Below the pieces are notes generated by a model, which saw only the letters and a list, made by a program, of their open reading frames with translations, did not search any database and was not told the origin of the DNA. A stretch of DNA of 64,000 nucleotides, taken from NCBI GenBank assembly GCA_965601925.1, contig OZ271854.1, forward strand, positions 768,001 to 832,000, read 5' to 3'. The position numbers and the translations under genes were made by a program. Positions 39,748 through 49,838 of the stretch are shown here, piece after piece; position 1 is the stretch's first letter, and the number at the start of each line of letters is the position of its first letter. Origin of the DNA: Alkalispirochaeta sp. (GTDB lineage Bacteria > Spirochaetota > Spirochaetia > DSM-27196 > Alkalispirochaetaceae).

Positions 39748-40146
39748 ATGACAAAGCAGACCATCGTTGCGTGTCTTGTAGTGTTGGGCGCCGCCGCACC
39801 GATCGTGGGTCAGGTCGTCGTACCGGCTCAACAGCAGTTGACGCTACTGGTAGACGCTCGCTACCGTGCGTCTCACGGCTGGGGCCACGTGTTTGAGTGC
39901 ACCGTACGGCGCGTTATCTCCGGCGCACCGACGGACGAGGTAATCCTCGTAACGGTGTACGGCGCCGCGGACCCATCGGACGCTCCGCTTCAACCGTTTG
40001 AGGAGCACCACGACGTGGTGATGACGTTTACACGCAATCCCGATCGGCGCCACGGCCCGCCACCGGGTTTCACCGACTCCGGCGGTGACTATTGGGTGTT
40101 GCAGACGGTTGATGTCCCCGTCGCTCCCGACGCGATCGTGGAGTAA
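39748..40146 (+). CDS. Hypothetical secreted protein
   Basis: GGAGG SD, signal peptide-like N-terminus. Confidence 0.55.
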   Translation: MTKQTIVACLVVLGAAAPIVGQVVVPAQQQLTLLVDARYRASHGWGHVFECTVRRVISGAPTDEVILVTVYGAADPSDAPLQPFEEHHDVVMTFTRNPDRRHGPPPGFTDSGGDYWVLQTVDVPVAPDAIVE

Positions 40147-40234
40147 GATCGGCGATCAAGAGACGGGACGCCGCCCCACCCCGTGGGTCCAACAAAACCT
40201 TGATAAATCCCATATCTGCTGTAGCATCGTTTGT

Positions 40235-40726
40235 ATGAAGAAAGTAGTAGCAATCGGTGCATTGGTAGCGATGGTGTCGTTCTCCGCCTTCGGCCAAACG
40301 TTGGAAACCGCGTTCTCAAACGATTTTGATGCCTGGGAGTTTGACGGTACCACCATCGAGACGGCCTTTAGCGACGACTGGGACGCCTGGGAGTACGGTA
40401 ACTCGATCGAGATCGAGACGGCGTTCGCCGAGGATTGGGACAACTGGGACGTCGGGCGCAATACGACGCTGGAGACGGAGTTCAGTGAAGATTGGGACGC
40501 CTGGGAGATCACCAGCGGCGCAACCACGGTTTATGTGAACACCCAATTCTCCGAAGATTGGGATAGCTGGGAAGTCACCGGCGACGCGACGGGAAGCATG
40601 GAAACGAGCTTCTCCAACGATTTCGACGAATGGGACATCGACGTCGACTTCTCGTCGGTCTCGGAAGAGGTGCGCGCGGCGATCATCTTCGTGCCGATCT
40701 TCATCAGCTCGATTTACGAGGGGTAG
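40235..40726 (+). CDS. Secreted acidic protein with six T.F..D(F/W)D.W repeats
   Basis: Signal peptide MKKVVAIGALVAMVSFSAFG; six internal repeats; hydrophobic C-terminal helix. Confidence 0.75.
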   Translation: MKKVVAIGALVAMVSFSAFGQTLETAFSNDFDAWEFDGTTIETAFSDDWDAWEYGNSIEIETAFAEDWDNWDVGRNTTLETEFSEDWDAWEITSGATTVYVNTQFSEDWDSWEVTGDATGSMETSFSNDFDEWDIDVDFSSVSEEVRAAIIFVPIFISSIYEG

Positions 40727-40801
40727 TTCCGACCGGTACGAGCGCCGCGTCACGGTCGCGCTTCCCATACGCACGCCGACCGCCGTTTCATTCCACCCAC
40801 G

Positions 40802-41209
40802 CTAAAAGGCGATTCGAATCGTCGGCAGCACTCGCTTGTCGCGTAACACGGCAAAGCCTTCCAGCGCGCCTTCGATACCCCCTTTGTGTCCGACGCCGCG
40901 GGGCTCCAGCGCCGAGAGTTCGGCGACCGTTAACGGTTTAATCACCTCGACAACTCCATGGTCGGTCCGCCCGGAGCGGGCGCCTTCGGCCTTAAGCGCC
41001 TGTGCAGCCAGGTAGCGCATCTCTCCAAAGAGGTACGGCAGGGAGACGACGCACGGCGTCATATCGTCGAGGCACTCCTTCAGGAGCGCGACTACACGCC
41101 GGTCTCCGGTTGGATTGCGCGCGATCTCCCGTAACGCCGCCGCCTTGAGCGTCACATCCGAGGATGCGAGATCCTCGTGCAGCTCGCGATACTCGCGGCC
41201 GTCCAGCAC
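40802..41209 (-). CDS. Hypothetical helical (HEAT-like) protein
   Basis: GGAGG SD; L.SSDV..K.AAL..I and LLKECLDD...R..AA.AL helical repeats. Confidence 0.55.
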   Translation of the reverse strand: MLDGREYRELHEDLASSDVTLKAAALREIARNPTGDRRVVALLKECLDDMTPCVVSLPYLFGEMRYLAAQALKAEGARSGRTDHGVVEVIKPLTVAELSALEPRGVGHKGGIEGALEGFAVLRDKRVLPTIRIAF

Positions 41210-41413
41210 CGTCCGACTCCTCCTTCTATCCCACTACGAATACGACGCCGCTGTGAACTCGCCGTCCACGCGGCCATCCTACCACGCCCAGGGCAGCGAT
41301 CGCGAGAGCTAAAAAACGTGTGCCGGTCGGTGTTGCGTGTCGTCATACGGTGCATCGGACACGGTCCGCTCTCGTCTCCAATTCCCATTAGGATCGCTTT
41401 TCTGAACTTTTGC

Positions 41414-41457
41414 TTGACTTTTATCATTACGTTACGTAACGTTTCGTAATGATAAAA
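41414..41457 (+). promoter_or_regulatory. Promoter TTGACT-N17-TAACGT inside a 39-bp near-perfect palindrome covering the TetR start codon
   Basis: TTTTATCATTACG at 41419-41431 and CGTAATGATAAAA at 41445-41457. Confidence 0.75.
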
Positions 41458-42087
41458 CAAACACCCAGTGGCGTAAGCACGAGTGAGAAGCAAAAGCGGG
41501 GGCGTCCACGGAGCGAGCGTGCACGACACGCAATTTTGCGCGCCGCTTTCGAATTGTTGCAGGAGGTGGGACCCAAAATGATAACCGTTGAGGCCGTGGC
41601 CGCGCGCGCCGGCGTAGGCAAGCCGACGATTTACCGCTACTGGGCAAATGCGCAGGAGCTTGCGATGGCCGCAATCATCTCGCGGTTGGCAAGTATGGAA
41701 GAGGCGCATTACCCCACGTCGATACCCCAGTCGGCATCACCGCTGGACGATCTGCGTCGGCAGGTTCAGTGGATCATTCGAGGATCTTCGTCGCACGAAG
41801 GTAATCAAATCATGAAAATGCTCGCATCCGTAGAACATAGCGGAGAGTTGTTTGAAGCATTTCGGGATCAGGTCGTCCTCGATCACAGGAGTGAGAGCCT
41901 GTCGATACTCCGGAGAGCCGTCGCGGTCGGACAGATCAGAACCGATGCGCCGCTTGAGGAGGCGGTCGATCTCCTCCACGGAGCGATTTTCTTTCGTCTG
42001 GTTTCGAGCCACGCACCGGTCACTCCGGAGTTTGGTGAGCGAGCCGTCGATATCATCATTCAGGGTCTGGCAGAAGTAGAGAAATAG
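41449..42087 (+). CDS. TetR family regulator
   Basis: RGRPRS, TVEAVAARAGVGKPTIYRYW. Confidence 0.92.
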   Translation: MIKQTPSGVSTSEKQKRGRPRSERARHAILRAAFELLQEVGPKMITVEAVAARAGVGKPTIYRYWANAQELAMAAIISRLASMEEAHYPTSIPQSASPLDDLRRQVQWIIRGSSSHEGNQIMKMLASVEHSGELFEAFRDQVVLDHRSESLSILRRAVAVGQIRTDAPLEEAVDLLHGAIFFRLVSSHAPVTPEFGERAVDIIIQGLAEVEK

Positions 42088-42142
42088 CCCACGTAGCATT
42101 CCGCATCATCTCACGTTGGAAATATGGGAAAGGAGCATCCAT

Positions 42143-43219
42143 ATGATGAAAAGAATAGTGAGTAGCGCGCTCACCGGCGCGGTACTTCTTATGTTGATCG
42201 GTTGTACCGGCGAGGCGGAAGTGTCTACGCCCACAATTGATGAAATTCAGCGCGAGGACGGGGTGCCGGTAGAGACGCGAATCGTCGAGCCTGCCAGCTT
42301 CCGGTCCTACTACACCTTCACCAGCAGCTTGCGCGGGGCCGAAGAGTCGACCGCGTCGGCGCTGATCGTCGAAGAGGTCGCCGCGGTGCTTCACGAGGTC
42401 GGCGATTTCGTCGAGCGTAATACGCCTGTCGTGACCTTTCCTCCCGACAATCCGACGTTGGGCTACGAGCAGGCGCGGGTGAATCTTTTGAGTGCCAGGG
42501 CCTCGTACGAGCGGGTTCGCGGGCTCTTTCAGGATCAGGGCGTTTCGCAGCAAGCCTTCGACGACGCCAGAACGCAATATGATCTTGCTCGCGCGAGGTG
42601 GAACAACGTGCAAAACATCACCCAAGTCCGCGCGCCGATCTCCGGCTTTATCACACGCATCAACGTGTTCGAGTCGGACAATGTACGAAGCGGCGACCCG
42701 CTCTTCACCGTCTCCGACTACACCGAAATCTTGACCACCGTGTGGCTCACCGACCGTCAAGCGCGCAATGTGCGGGTCGGCCGGCCGGCGCGCGCGATCT
42801 GGCAGGACCACATCGTCGAGGGGCACGTCGTACGAATCGACCGGGCGATGGATCAGGAGCGCAAGGCGTTTGCAACGTGGTTGCGCTTTGACAACCCCGG
42901 GCGGCTGGTCAACAGCGGCGTCACGGCGATCGTCGAGATCGAGACCTATCGCAACGACCGGGCGGTCATTCTCAACCGGCGCGAGGTGATCGACGACGAG
43001 GTGATCGGGACGTACGTCTATCTGGCGCGCGATGGCCGCGCCGTTCGCGTCCCGATTCGGATCGACCGCACGCAAGGACTCTTTGTCGAGGTCGCCGAGG
43101 GCATCACGATGGGCGAAGAGGTGATCACCGTCGGAGTCGACCGCGTCAGCGACGGGGTGCGGATCCAGGTGGTAGAGCAAGAGCCGCTGTTGGTGCAGCA
43201 GCAAGACCCACAAGAGTAG
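42143..43219 (+). CDS. RND efflux membrane fusion protein (lipoprotein)
   Basis: Lipobox LIGC; GDFV, VRAPISG, G.PLF. Confidence 0.9.
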   Translation: MMKRIVSSALTGAVLLMLIGCTGEAEVSTPTIDEIQREDGVPVETRIVEPASFRSYYTFTSSLRGAEESTASALIVEEVAAVLHEVGDFVERNTPVVTFPPDNPTLGYEQARVNLLSARASYERVRGLFQDQGVSQQAFDDARTQYDLARARWNNVQNITQVRAPISGFITRINVFESDNVRSGDPLFTVSDYTEILTTVWLTDRQARNVRVGRPARAIWQDHIVEGHVVRIDRAMDQERKAFATWLRFDNPGRLVNSGVTAIVEIETYRNDRAVILNRREVIDDEVIGTYVYLARDGRAVRVPIRIDRTQGLFVEVAEGITMGEEVITVGVDRVSDGVRIQVVEQEPLLVQQQDPQE

Positions 43220-43231
43220 GAGGAACGAGCG

Positions 43232-46200
43232 ATGTTTTTATCGGATCTTTCCATCAAACGCCCGATCATGATGTCGATGGGGCTGGTAGCGCTGCTCTTG
43301 TTCGGTGCGATCGGGTATTTCAATCTCCCGCTCAACTTGCTGCCGGAGATCGAGATTCCGATCGTCACGGTCACCACGGTGTTTCCCGGCGCCGGTCCGG
43401 ATCAAGTCGAGACGCAGATCACCACGCTGATCGAAGACGAGGTGGGCACGATCAGCCAGATCGACAATATCCAGTCCTTCAGCCTGGACAGCGCGGCGGT
43501 GGTGATCATCCAGTTCGAGTTGACCAAGGACGCCGATGTCGCCACCCAAGAGGTGCGCGACCGCGTCGCCTTGATCGTCAATGAACTGCCCGAAGAGGCC
43601 GACGAAGCGGTGGTCGAGAAGATCGATATTACCGCCACGCCGATCGTCAACATCGTGATGAGCGGCGACCTCGACCCGGTTGTGCTCAGCGAACTCGCCG
43701 ACACCACGGTGAGCGATCAATTGTCGCGTATCGCGGGGGTCGGCACCGTCTCGATCGCCGGTCGGCGCGAGCGCGAGATCCGCGTCGAGTTCGACAATCG
43801 CGTGGTCTACGAGAACGAGATCAGCTTGGTGCAGGTGGCGCAGGTGCTGTCGGCGGCCAACGTCGCGACTCCGGGCGGCAACATCCAAGCGCAGGAAATG
43901 GATTTCTCGGTGCGGATGGAGGGCGAGTTTGCCGCGGTCGACGAGTTGGCGGCGATCGACATTCCCACTGCGGTCGGGTTGCGCCGCCTCGGCAGTATCG
44001 CAACGGTGTACGACGGGGGAGCGGACGTGCGCGAACGCGTCTCGTTCTTCGACACCGTTGAGGACGAACGCGATGCGCAGTCGCTGTTGATCAGCGTCAT
44101 TAAGAGTCCCGACGGTAACACCGTCGACGTGGCCGACGCAGTTATCGATGCGCTCCCCCGTATCCAGGCGTCCTTGCGGGCCAACGTCGGCTTGCGCGTC
44201 GTCTCCGACGACTCTACCGAGGTACGCGGAGCGGTCGAGGATACGCTGACCAACATCGGGCTCGGCATCGCGCTTACCGCGCTGGTGTTGCTGCTCTTTC
44301 TGCGCGACATACGCTCTACGTTGATTGTGGCGCTCACGATGCCGATGTCGATTATCCCGACCTTTCTCGCGATGGATGTGCTGGGGTTATCGCTCAATGT
44401 GATGTCGCTGATGGGCATCTCCACCGCGGTCGGCGTGTTGGTCATGAATTCGGTAATCGTGATCGAGAACATCTTTCGCCACACGGCGCTCGGAGCCGAC
44501 CGTGTGACCGCAGCGTCCAGGGGTACATCGGAGATGGTGATCGCGGTGATAGCGTCGACGGCCACCAACATCGCCGTCTTTCTCCCGTTGGCCGGTGTCA
44601 GCGGCGTCGCCGGCCTCTATTTATACGAGTTCGCCCTGGCGATCACCTTCGCCACGCTCTTTTCGCTCTTGATTTCATTCACCCTTACGCCGATGCTCGC
44701 CTCTAAGCTCTTGCCCGAGAGCACCGCCACCAAGAAGTCCGGCGGCGGCCGGTCGGGCGCCGTATTCGTTGCGCTCGAACGGGGTTACAAGGGGCTCTTG
44801 GAAAAGCTCTTGGTAAAGCGTTGGCGCAGCGCGGCGCTGGTGGCCGGTGTGTTTGTCGCCTTCGTCGCAGCGATGTCGCGGTTCGGCGGCATACCGTTCG
44901 AGCTGCTGCCGATTCAGGACCACAGCAGAATCGTGGCCGAGGTGGAGCTGGCACAGGGAACGGACCTGGACGTCACCGCCGAAACCCTCGCCGAGATCGA
45001 ACGGCGGATCGCGACGCACGATGAGGTGGTAACGATCACCACCACCCTCGGTTCTACCTCCGAGACCAACGTCGGCACCAACGTGGCGGTGGCCGATATA
45101 CGGCTGGTAGATCGGGAGCTTCGCGATCGTGACAACATCGTCGCGGGGCGCATCGCGGCCGACCTGGCGACCGTGCCCGGCGCGCTCATCAAGGTCGGTG
45201 CGCGGCAATCGGGCGCGCTGGACGCCGGTGCACCGGTCCTCTTTTATCTCCAGGGCGAAGACACCGAAACGCTCGCGTCGCTGGCGCGAGAGCTGCGTCC
45301 GCGATTGCAACAGATCCCGGGAATGATCAACGTCGATATCTCGGCCAAGGCGGGGCGGCCGGAGGTGATTCTCATTCCCGACCGCATCAAGATCAACGAT
45401 GCGGGGCTCACGGTGCAGGACATCGCCATCAGCATGCGCGCGGCGGTCGAGGGTATGGTAATGACCACTTTGCGCGAGGGGGGCGAGGAGTACGACATCC
45501 GCGTCACACTCAACGACGAAGATGTATCGGGTTACGACGATATTACCAATATCGTGATTCCCACCCGCGCCGGCCTGTTGCCGTTGGGCCACTTTGCCGA
45601 GGTGAGCGTGGCTCAAGGTATCAACCAGATCTTGCGCGAAGACCGCTGGGAATCGGTGCAAATCACCGCCGACTTGGAGCCGGGCTACGTGCTCGGTGAG
45701 GTATCGGCACCGATCGAAGAGACGGTCGCGGCGATGGGGCTACCCCCGGGCTATCAGTTTAGCTGGGGCGGCGACGCCGAGAGCTTTAGTGAAACGGCGC
45801 CGCAGCTTCTGTTCGCCTTTGCTTTGGCGATCATCCTGACCTACATGCTTTTGGCCGCCATCCTGGAAAAAACGCGCCAGCCGTTGCTGATTCTTTCGAC
45901 GGTGCCGCTCTCGTTGATCGGCGTTGTGGCGGCGTTCTACATGACCGGGCTGTCGATGAATATCATCTCGATCCTCTCGATCATCATGCTGGTCGGTATG
46001 GTGGTCAACAACGCGATCCTGATTCTGGACTACGCCAACCAACTACGCACCGAAGGCCGAAGCCTGCGCGAGGCGCTCATCGAAGCGGCGCCGACCAAGC
46101 TCAAGCCGATTTTGATGGCCAACACCGCCACGATCCTCGGCATGCTGCCGATGGCGCTGGGGATCGGCGCGTCGGGTGTGGAGTTCCGCCAGCCGATGGG

Positions 46201-46327
46201 TGTGGTCTCGATCGGTGGGTTGATAACCGCGACGTTCCTGTCGCTATTCGTGATCCCGGCGTTGGAGATCGTGGTCGAGTCGCGCACATCGCGGCGCGCC
46301 GGCGGCGCGACGGCGAGCGGTACATAA
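43232..46327 (+). CDS. RND efflux transporter permease (AcrB-like)
   Basis: SIKRP, IVVIENI, GMVVNNAILILD, KPILMAN, 1031 aa. Confidence 0.95.
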   Translation: MFLSDLSIKRPIMMSMGLVALLLFGAIGYFNLPLNLLPEIEIPIVTVTTVFPGAGPDQVETQITTLIEDEVGTISQIDNIQSFSLDSAAVVIIQFELTKDADVATQEVRDRVALIVNELPEEADEAVVEKIDITATPIVNIVMSGDLDPVVLSELADTTVSDQLSRIAGVGTVSIAGRREREIRVEFDNRVVYENEISLVQVAQVLSAANVATPGGNIQAQEMDFSVRMEGEFAAVDELAAIDIPTAVGLRRLGSIATVYDGGADVRERVSFFDTVEDERDAQSLLISVIKSPDGNTVDVADAVIDALPRIQASLRANVGLRVVSDDSTEVRGAVEDTLTNIGLGIALTALVLLLFLRDIRSTLIVALTMPMSIIPTFLAMDVLGLSLNVMSLMGISTAVGVLVMNSVIVIENIFRHTALGADRVTAASRGTSEMVIAVIASTATNIAVFLPLAGVSGVAGLYLYEFALAITFATLFSLLISFTLTPMLASKLLPESTATKKSGGGRSGAVFVALERGYKGLLEKLLVKRWRSAALVAGVFVAFVAAMSRFGGIPFELLPIQDHSRIVAEVELAQGTDLDVTAETLAEIERRIATHDEVVTITTTLGSTSETNVGTNVAVADIRLVDRELRDRDNIVAGRIAADLATVPGALIKVGARQSGALDAGAPVLFYLQGEDTETLASLARELRPRLQQIPGMINVDISAKAGRPEVILIPDRIKINDAGLTVQDIAISMRAAVEGMVMTTLREGGEEYDIRVTLNDEDVSGYDDITNIVIPTRAGLLPLGHFAEVSVAQGINQILREDRWESVQITADLEPGYVLGEVSAPIEETVAAMGLPPGYQFSWGGDAESFSETAPQLLFAFALAIILTYMLLAAILEKTRQPLLILSTVPLSLIGVVAAFYMTGLSMNIISILSIIMLVGMVVNNAILILDYANQLRTEGRSLREALIEAAPTKLKPILMANTATILGMLPMALGIGASGVEFRQPMGVVSIGGLITATFLSLFVIPALEIVVESRTSRRAGGATASGT

Positions 46328-46351
46328 CGAGTTTGTAGGAAGGACGCAGAG

Positions 46352-47743
46352 ATGAAACATTCCATTGTCTCAATGAATCGAAGACGCGCGAACGGTGCGC
46401 TCGCAATACTGGCGGCGGTGGCCCTCACGGCCGTCGCGCCGGCCACGGGCTTTACCCAGCCCCGCACGCTCAGCCTCACCGAGTATTTGGCTCTGGTGGA
46501 AGAGGGCAGCCTGCAACTGGAGATATCGCGCACCGACCGCGTTCTGGCGGAGGCGGGAGAGCGTGTGGCGCGTTCGGGTCTCTTGCCGTCCGTCGGCGGG
46601 GAGGTGGGCTACACGCGTAATTTCATCGATATCGAAACCGGTCAGGCGGCGTTCGCCGACACTAACACCGACCTTGGAAGCGGTCTCATTCCGGTTATCA
46701 GTCAACCGAGGGTAGTCAGCGACGACAACGAGTACTCGGCGGGGGTCTCGCTCTCCCAGGTCTTCGACTTGGCTACGGTGCGGTCGTTCGATGCAAGCCG
46801 GCAGTTGACCGATCTTACCTACACGGTGCACGAGGCGACCCGCCACCGCGTTCTGACAACCGCCAAACAGCTCTTTTTTCAGACCCTTTTGCTGCAAGAG
46901 GTGTTGCTGGTACGCCGAGCGTCCGAAGAAGCGGCGTTGAACAACTTTTTGGATACGCAGAATCGGTTGGAAAACGGACTGGCAACGCAGCTGGACGTTC
47001 TGACGGCCGAAGTCGACTGGCAGATCACGCGACCGGACACGACGCAGGCCGAGCGCGATTTGGCCGTAGCGCAGCAAAGCGTGCGCACCTTCGCCGGATT
47101 GCCGCAACACGGCGATCTCGTTATCACCGGCAGCCTGGGTGAGTATCCGCCGCCGCCCTCGTTTGATGGCGCGTTTGACGAACGAATCAACCGCCCCGAC
47201 TACCGGGCGCTTTTGGGCGAACGCCGGTTGCGCGAGATCGAGATCGGCGTCCGGCAGGCCGCGTTTTATCCCAGCCTGTCGGCGTCGCTGACCTACGGGT
47301 GGGAAGCCGGTGACGACGGGTTCGACCTGACCGCCGACGACAGCGATTTTTTTGCAGCCGGATTCACCGTGACGATCCCGCTCTTTTTGGGCGGCGCTCG
47401 CTTTGCCCGTTTGGAGCGCGCGCGCCTGGAGTTGGTTCAGAACGCGAGCGAAATTGCACTTACCGACGAGAACATCGCCACCGAGATCGAGACGATACGG
47501 CTCACCCTCGAAGAGGCGAGTGTGCGCATCGAGTCGGCCGAGCAGACGCGCGAGACCGCCGAGCGCGCGTACGCGGTCACGCAGACCTCCGTTGCCAACG
47601 GCCTGTCGACGCAGCTCGAGCTGCAAAGTGCGCGCGTTCATCGCGATCAGGCGCGGCTCAACTATCTCACGGCGGTCTTCGACTACCTGATCGCCTATTT
47701 CGATTGGCAACTGGCCACCGGGCGCGGTGACCAAACTCTGTAA
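46352..47743 (+). CDS. TolC family outer membrane protein
   Basis: Signal peptide; two OEP repeats (NG..TQLDVL.A, FYPSLS). Confidence 0.9.
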   Translation: MKHSIVSMNRRRANGALAILAAVALTAVAPATGFTQPRTLSLTEYLALVEEGSLQLEISRTDRVLAEAGERVARSGLLPSVGGEVGYTRNFIDIETGQAAFADTNTDLGSGLIPVISQPRVVSDDNEYSAGVSLSQVFDLATVRSFDASRQLTDLTYTVHEATRHRVLTTAKQLFFQTLLLQEVLLVRRASEEAALNNFLDTQNRLENGLATQLDVLTAEVDWQITRPDTTQAERDLAVAQQSVRTFAGLPQHGDLVITGSLGEYPPPPSFDGAFDERINRPDYRALLGERRLREIEIGVRQAAFYPSLSASLTYGWEAGDDGFDLTADDSDFFAAGFTVTIPLFLGGARFARLERARLELVQNASEIALTDENIATEIETIRLTLEEASVRIESAEQTRETAERAYAVTQTSVANGLSTQLELQSARVHRDQARLNYLTAVFDYLIAYFDWQLATGRGDQTL

Positions 47744-47880
47744 CAGCTCATAGGCCCGCTACCGGCCCGACGAGGGCCGTTTGTGCCGCGCTCAAACTGC
47801 CCGCGGGCGGGCTGTGCGGGAGCAATAGGTGCCGACACGATCGGCAAACACTTCCATTTTGATTGAGAGGAGCTGTCCCC

Positions 47881-48843
47881 ATGTTGGACAAGAACGTGTA
47901 CCAAAGCGCCGCGACCTTACCGAGCAGCGGCGGACAACGAACGCGCGCACTGTACCGCAGCCGCGGCGTCGCAGCCTTCGTTGCATTGTTGTGTCTGGTC
48001 GCCGCGACCGGCGCGCTGTGTGCGCAAGAGGCCGCCGACGACCAGTCGTCCGAACCACCGCAGGGCTGGTTTTTCGGCCTCGGAGCGGTGGGACTGGCCA
48101 ACATCGAAGACGGGCCGCGTGCGGGACTCCAGGGGCGCGTCTGGTACCAACATCCGCTGTTCCACCGCACCGGATCGCTTTGGGACCCCGCGCGCATCGA
48201 GGTTGGCCTCGCCAATCGTTGGACGCCGGTTTCTAACGAGGTGACCGCGTCGGTATACTTTGAGCCGATCGCCGTCTTCGACGTGACCGCCAGCGTGACC
48301 TTTCAGACGCAATACGACCAGTTGCTGGACGCAACAGGCTACTATCGGCTCACATCGTACGATGAAGATCCGACCGACGAGATCGACGAACGCTATACCA
48401 CGCAATCCGGCCTCGTATATCGCGTAGCGCCGCGCGTGAAGGCGGCGTTTGCCGGCTTTATCGCCGCGCATACCGTGCAGATATCGTATGTGGACTACGG
48501 CGCCGTCTCGGACGACTCCGACGACTTCGATTACTACTTGGACGCCCCTGCAGGCATCTCCGAGGTCTTGAACGAACGCGACATGTGGATTCGCAACAAC
48601 ACGGTGGTGCTCTATCAGGTGACCGACGAACTGAATCTGGGACTAAACAGCGTGGCCGACACGGTGCCGGACGCCGATCGAACCAACTACCGCCTCTCGT
48701 TGATCGGGCTCTACGACCGCCCCTTGCGTAACGACTGGAACCTCGGGCTGGTCGTGGTCACCGGCGCATACCTGTCGCACCGCTGGCTGGAAGGCGAACC
48801 GGACCTTACCGTTGTCGTCGAGTTCAGCCGCCCATTACGATGA
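47881..48843 (+). CDS. Putative outer-membrane beta-barrel protein
   Basis: Signal peptide; alternating amphipathic strands rich in Y/W; terminal strand VVVEFSRP. Confidence 0.55.
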   Translation: MLDKNVYQSAATLPSSGGQRTRALYRSRGVAAFVALLCLVAATGALCAQEAADDQSSEPPQGWFFGLGAVGLANIEDGPRAGLQGRVWYQHPLFHRTGSLWDPARIEVGLANRWTPVSNEVTASVYFEPIAVFDVTASVTFQTQYDQLLDATGYYRLTSYDEDPTDEIDERYTTQSGLVYRVAPRVKAAFAGFIAAHTVQISYVDYGAVSDDSDDFDYYLDAPAGISEVLNERDMWIRNNTVVLYQVTDELNLGLNSVADTVPDADRTNYRLSLIGLYDRPLRNDWNLGLVVVTGAYLSHRWLEGEPDLTVVVEFSRPLR

Positions 48844-48964
48844 AGGTGGCCTTCGTTCTATGCCGGGACCGCCGGCAGTGTGCGGAAGAAGGCGGGTAGA
48901 CGAAGTGATGCGTTGCGTTAGGGCTCGTGTCTATGGCGTGAGCGCCCGCTTTCACTCGACGCCT

Positions 48965-49675
48965 CTACGCACTCCCGTCCGGCCATCCGTCGCGTATCTC
49001 GCTCCCATCCCCCGATGTGCTGAAATCGTTCCGTTCCGCAAGACCCGAAACGAACGTGGTGCCGTTCACGTCGAGGTTATAGAGCTTGCTTTCGGTAATG
49101 ATCGTGCTTTCCATCGCAAGGTCGCGGAGCCGCGCCCCTCTCAGGTCGCAGCGGTGGAAGAGTGTTTTGAGTAGGGTTGCCTCGGACAAGTCGCTCTCTT
49201 GCATGAAGACGTCTGAGAACGCGGCGCGCGTCAAATCGGCCCCGACCAGCGCAGTTGCATCCAAGTGGCCGCCCCGGCACTCAGTTTTGTGCCACCTGCT
49301 GTCGGTAAGATCGGCAGAATCGAAGCGGCACCCCCGCAAGCCGCTGCCGGAGAGGTCGAGGTGACGCCCTTGTACCCGTGCAAAGTCGCAATCGACGAGG
49401 CGCATATCCTGCGCTCGGACGTCGGTCATATCGGCTCCGGTGAAGTTGAGGTTTGTGCCGACTACTCCCTCAAACCGAGCGCCGCTCAGGTTTGCACGCT
49501 CGAACGAGACGTCGTCCAAAACTGCCAGGTCGAAGATCAATCCGGAGAGATCCAGGCCCGAGAAATCTACGTGAGAGAATAGCGGGTTCCTTTTGGGACT
49601 GTGGTTCTTGGTCCACCGGTCGTGTCGATCGAGGGCCGCGGCGATCGCCGTTCGGGTTGCTCGTGTCGTGTCCAT
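48965..49675 (-). CDS. Pentapeptide repeat protein
   Basis: ANLSG ARFEG, ADMTD, ADLTD, ADLTR, CDLRG repeats. Confidence 0.88.
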   Translation of the reverse strand: MDTTRATRTAIAAALDRHDRWTKNHSPKRNPLFSHVDFSGLDLSGLIFDLAVLDDVSFERANLSGARFEGVVGTNLNFTGADMTDVRAQDMRLVDCDFARVQGRHLDLSGSGLRGCRFDSADLTDSRWHKTECRGGHLDATALVGADLTRAAFSDVFMQESDLSEATLLKTLFHRCDLRGARLRDLAMESTIITESKLYNLDVNGTTFVSGLAERNDFSTSGDGSEIRDGWPDGSA

Positions 49676-49838
49676 CTTCCTCGGCCCGAAAAGCCGGCAG
49701 CCCCTCCTTGCATGACCGCGAATGCGGCGACGCCTCAAGCTCGCTATCGACTGCGCCGCACCCTTGCATGACGCGCTGACAACCGCACCCGTCAGGATTG
49801 CCGGCGTACGTTAGCGATTGACGCTCGGCCGGCCTATC

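Noticed and set aside
40300..40650. CRISPR-like periodic repeats
   Set aside because: Repeats are degenerate, in frame and explained by protein repeats
42056..47734. Long antisense ORFs (e.g. 42056-43213, 46370-47734)
   Set aside because: Shadow frames of well-supported genes, expected in GC-rich coding DNA
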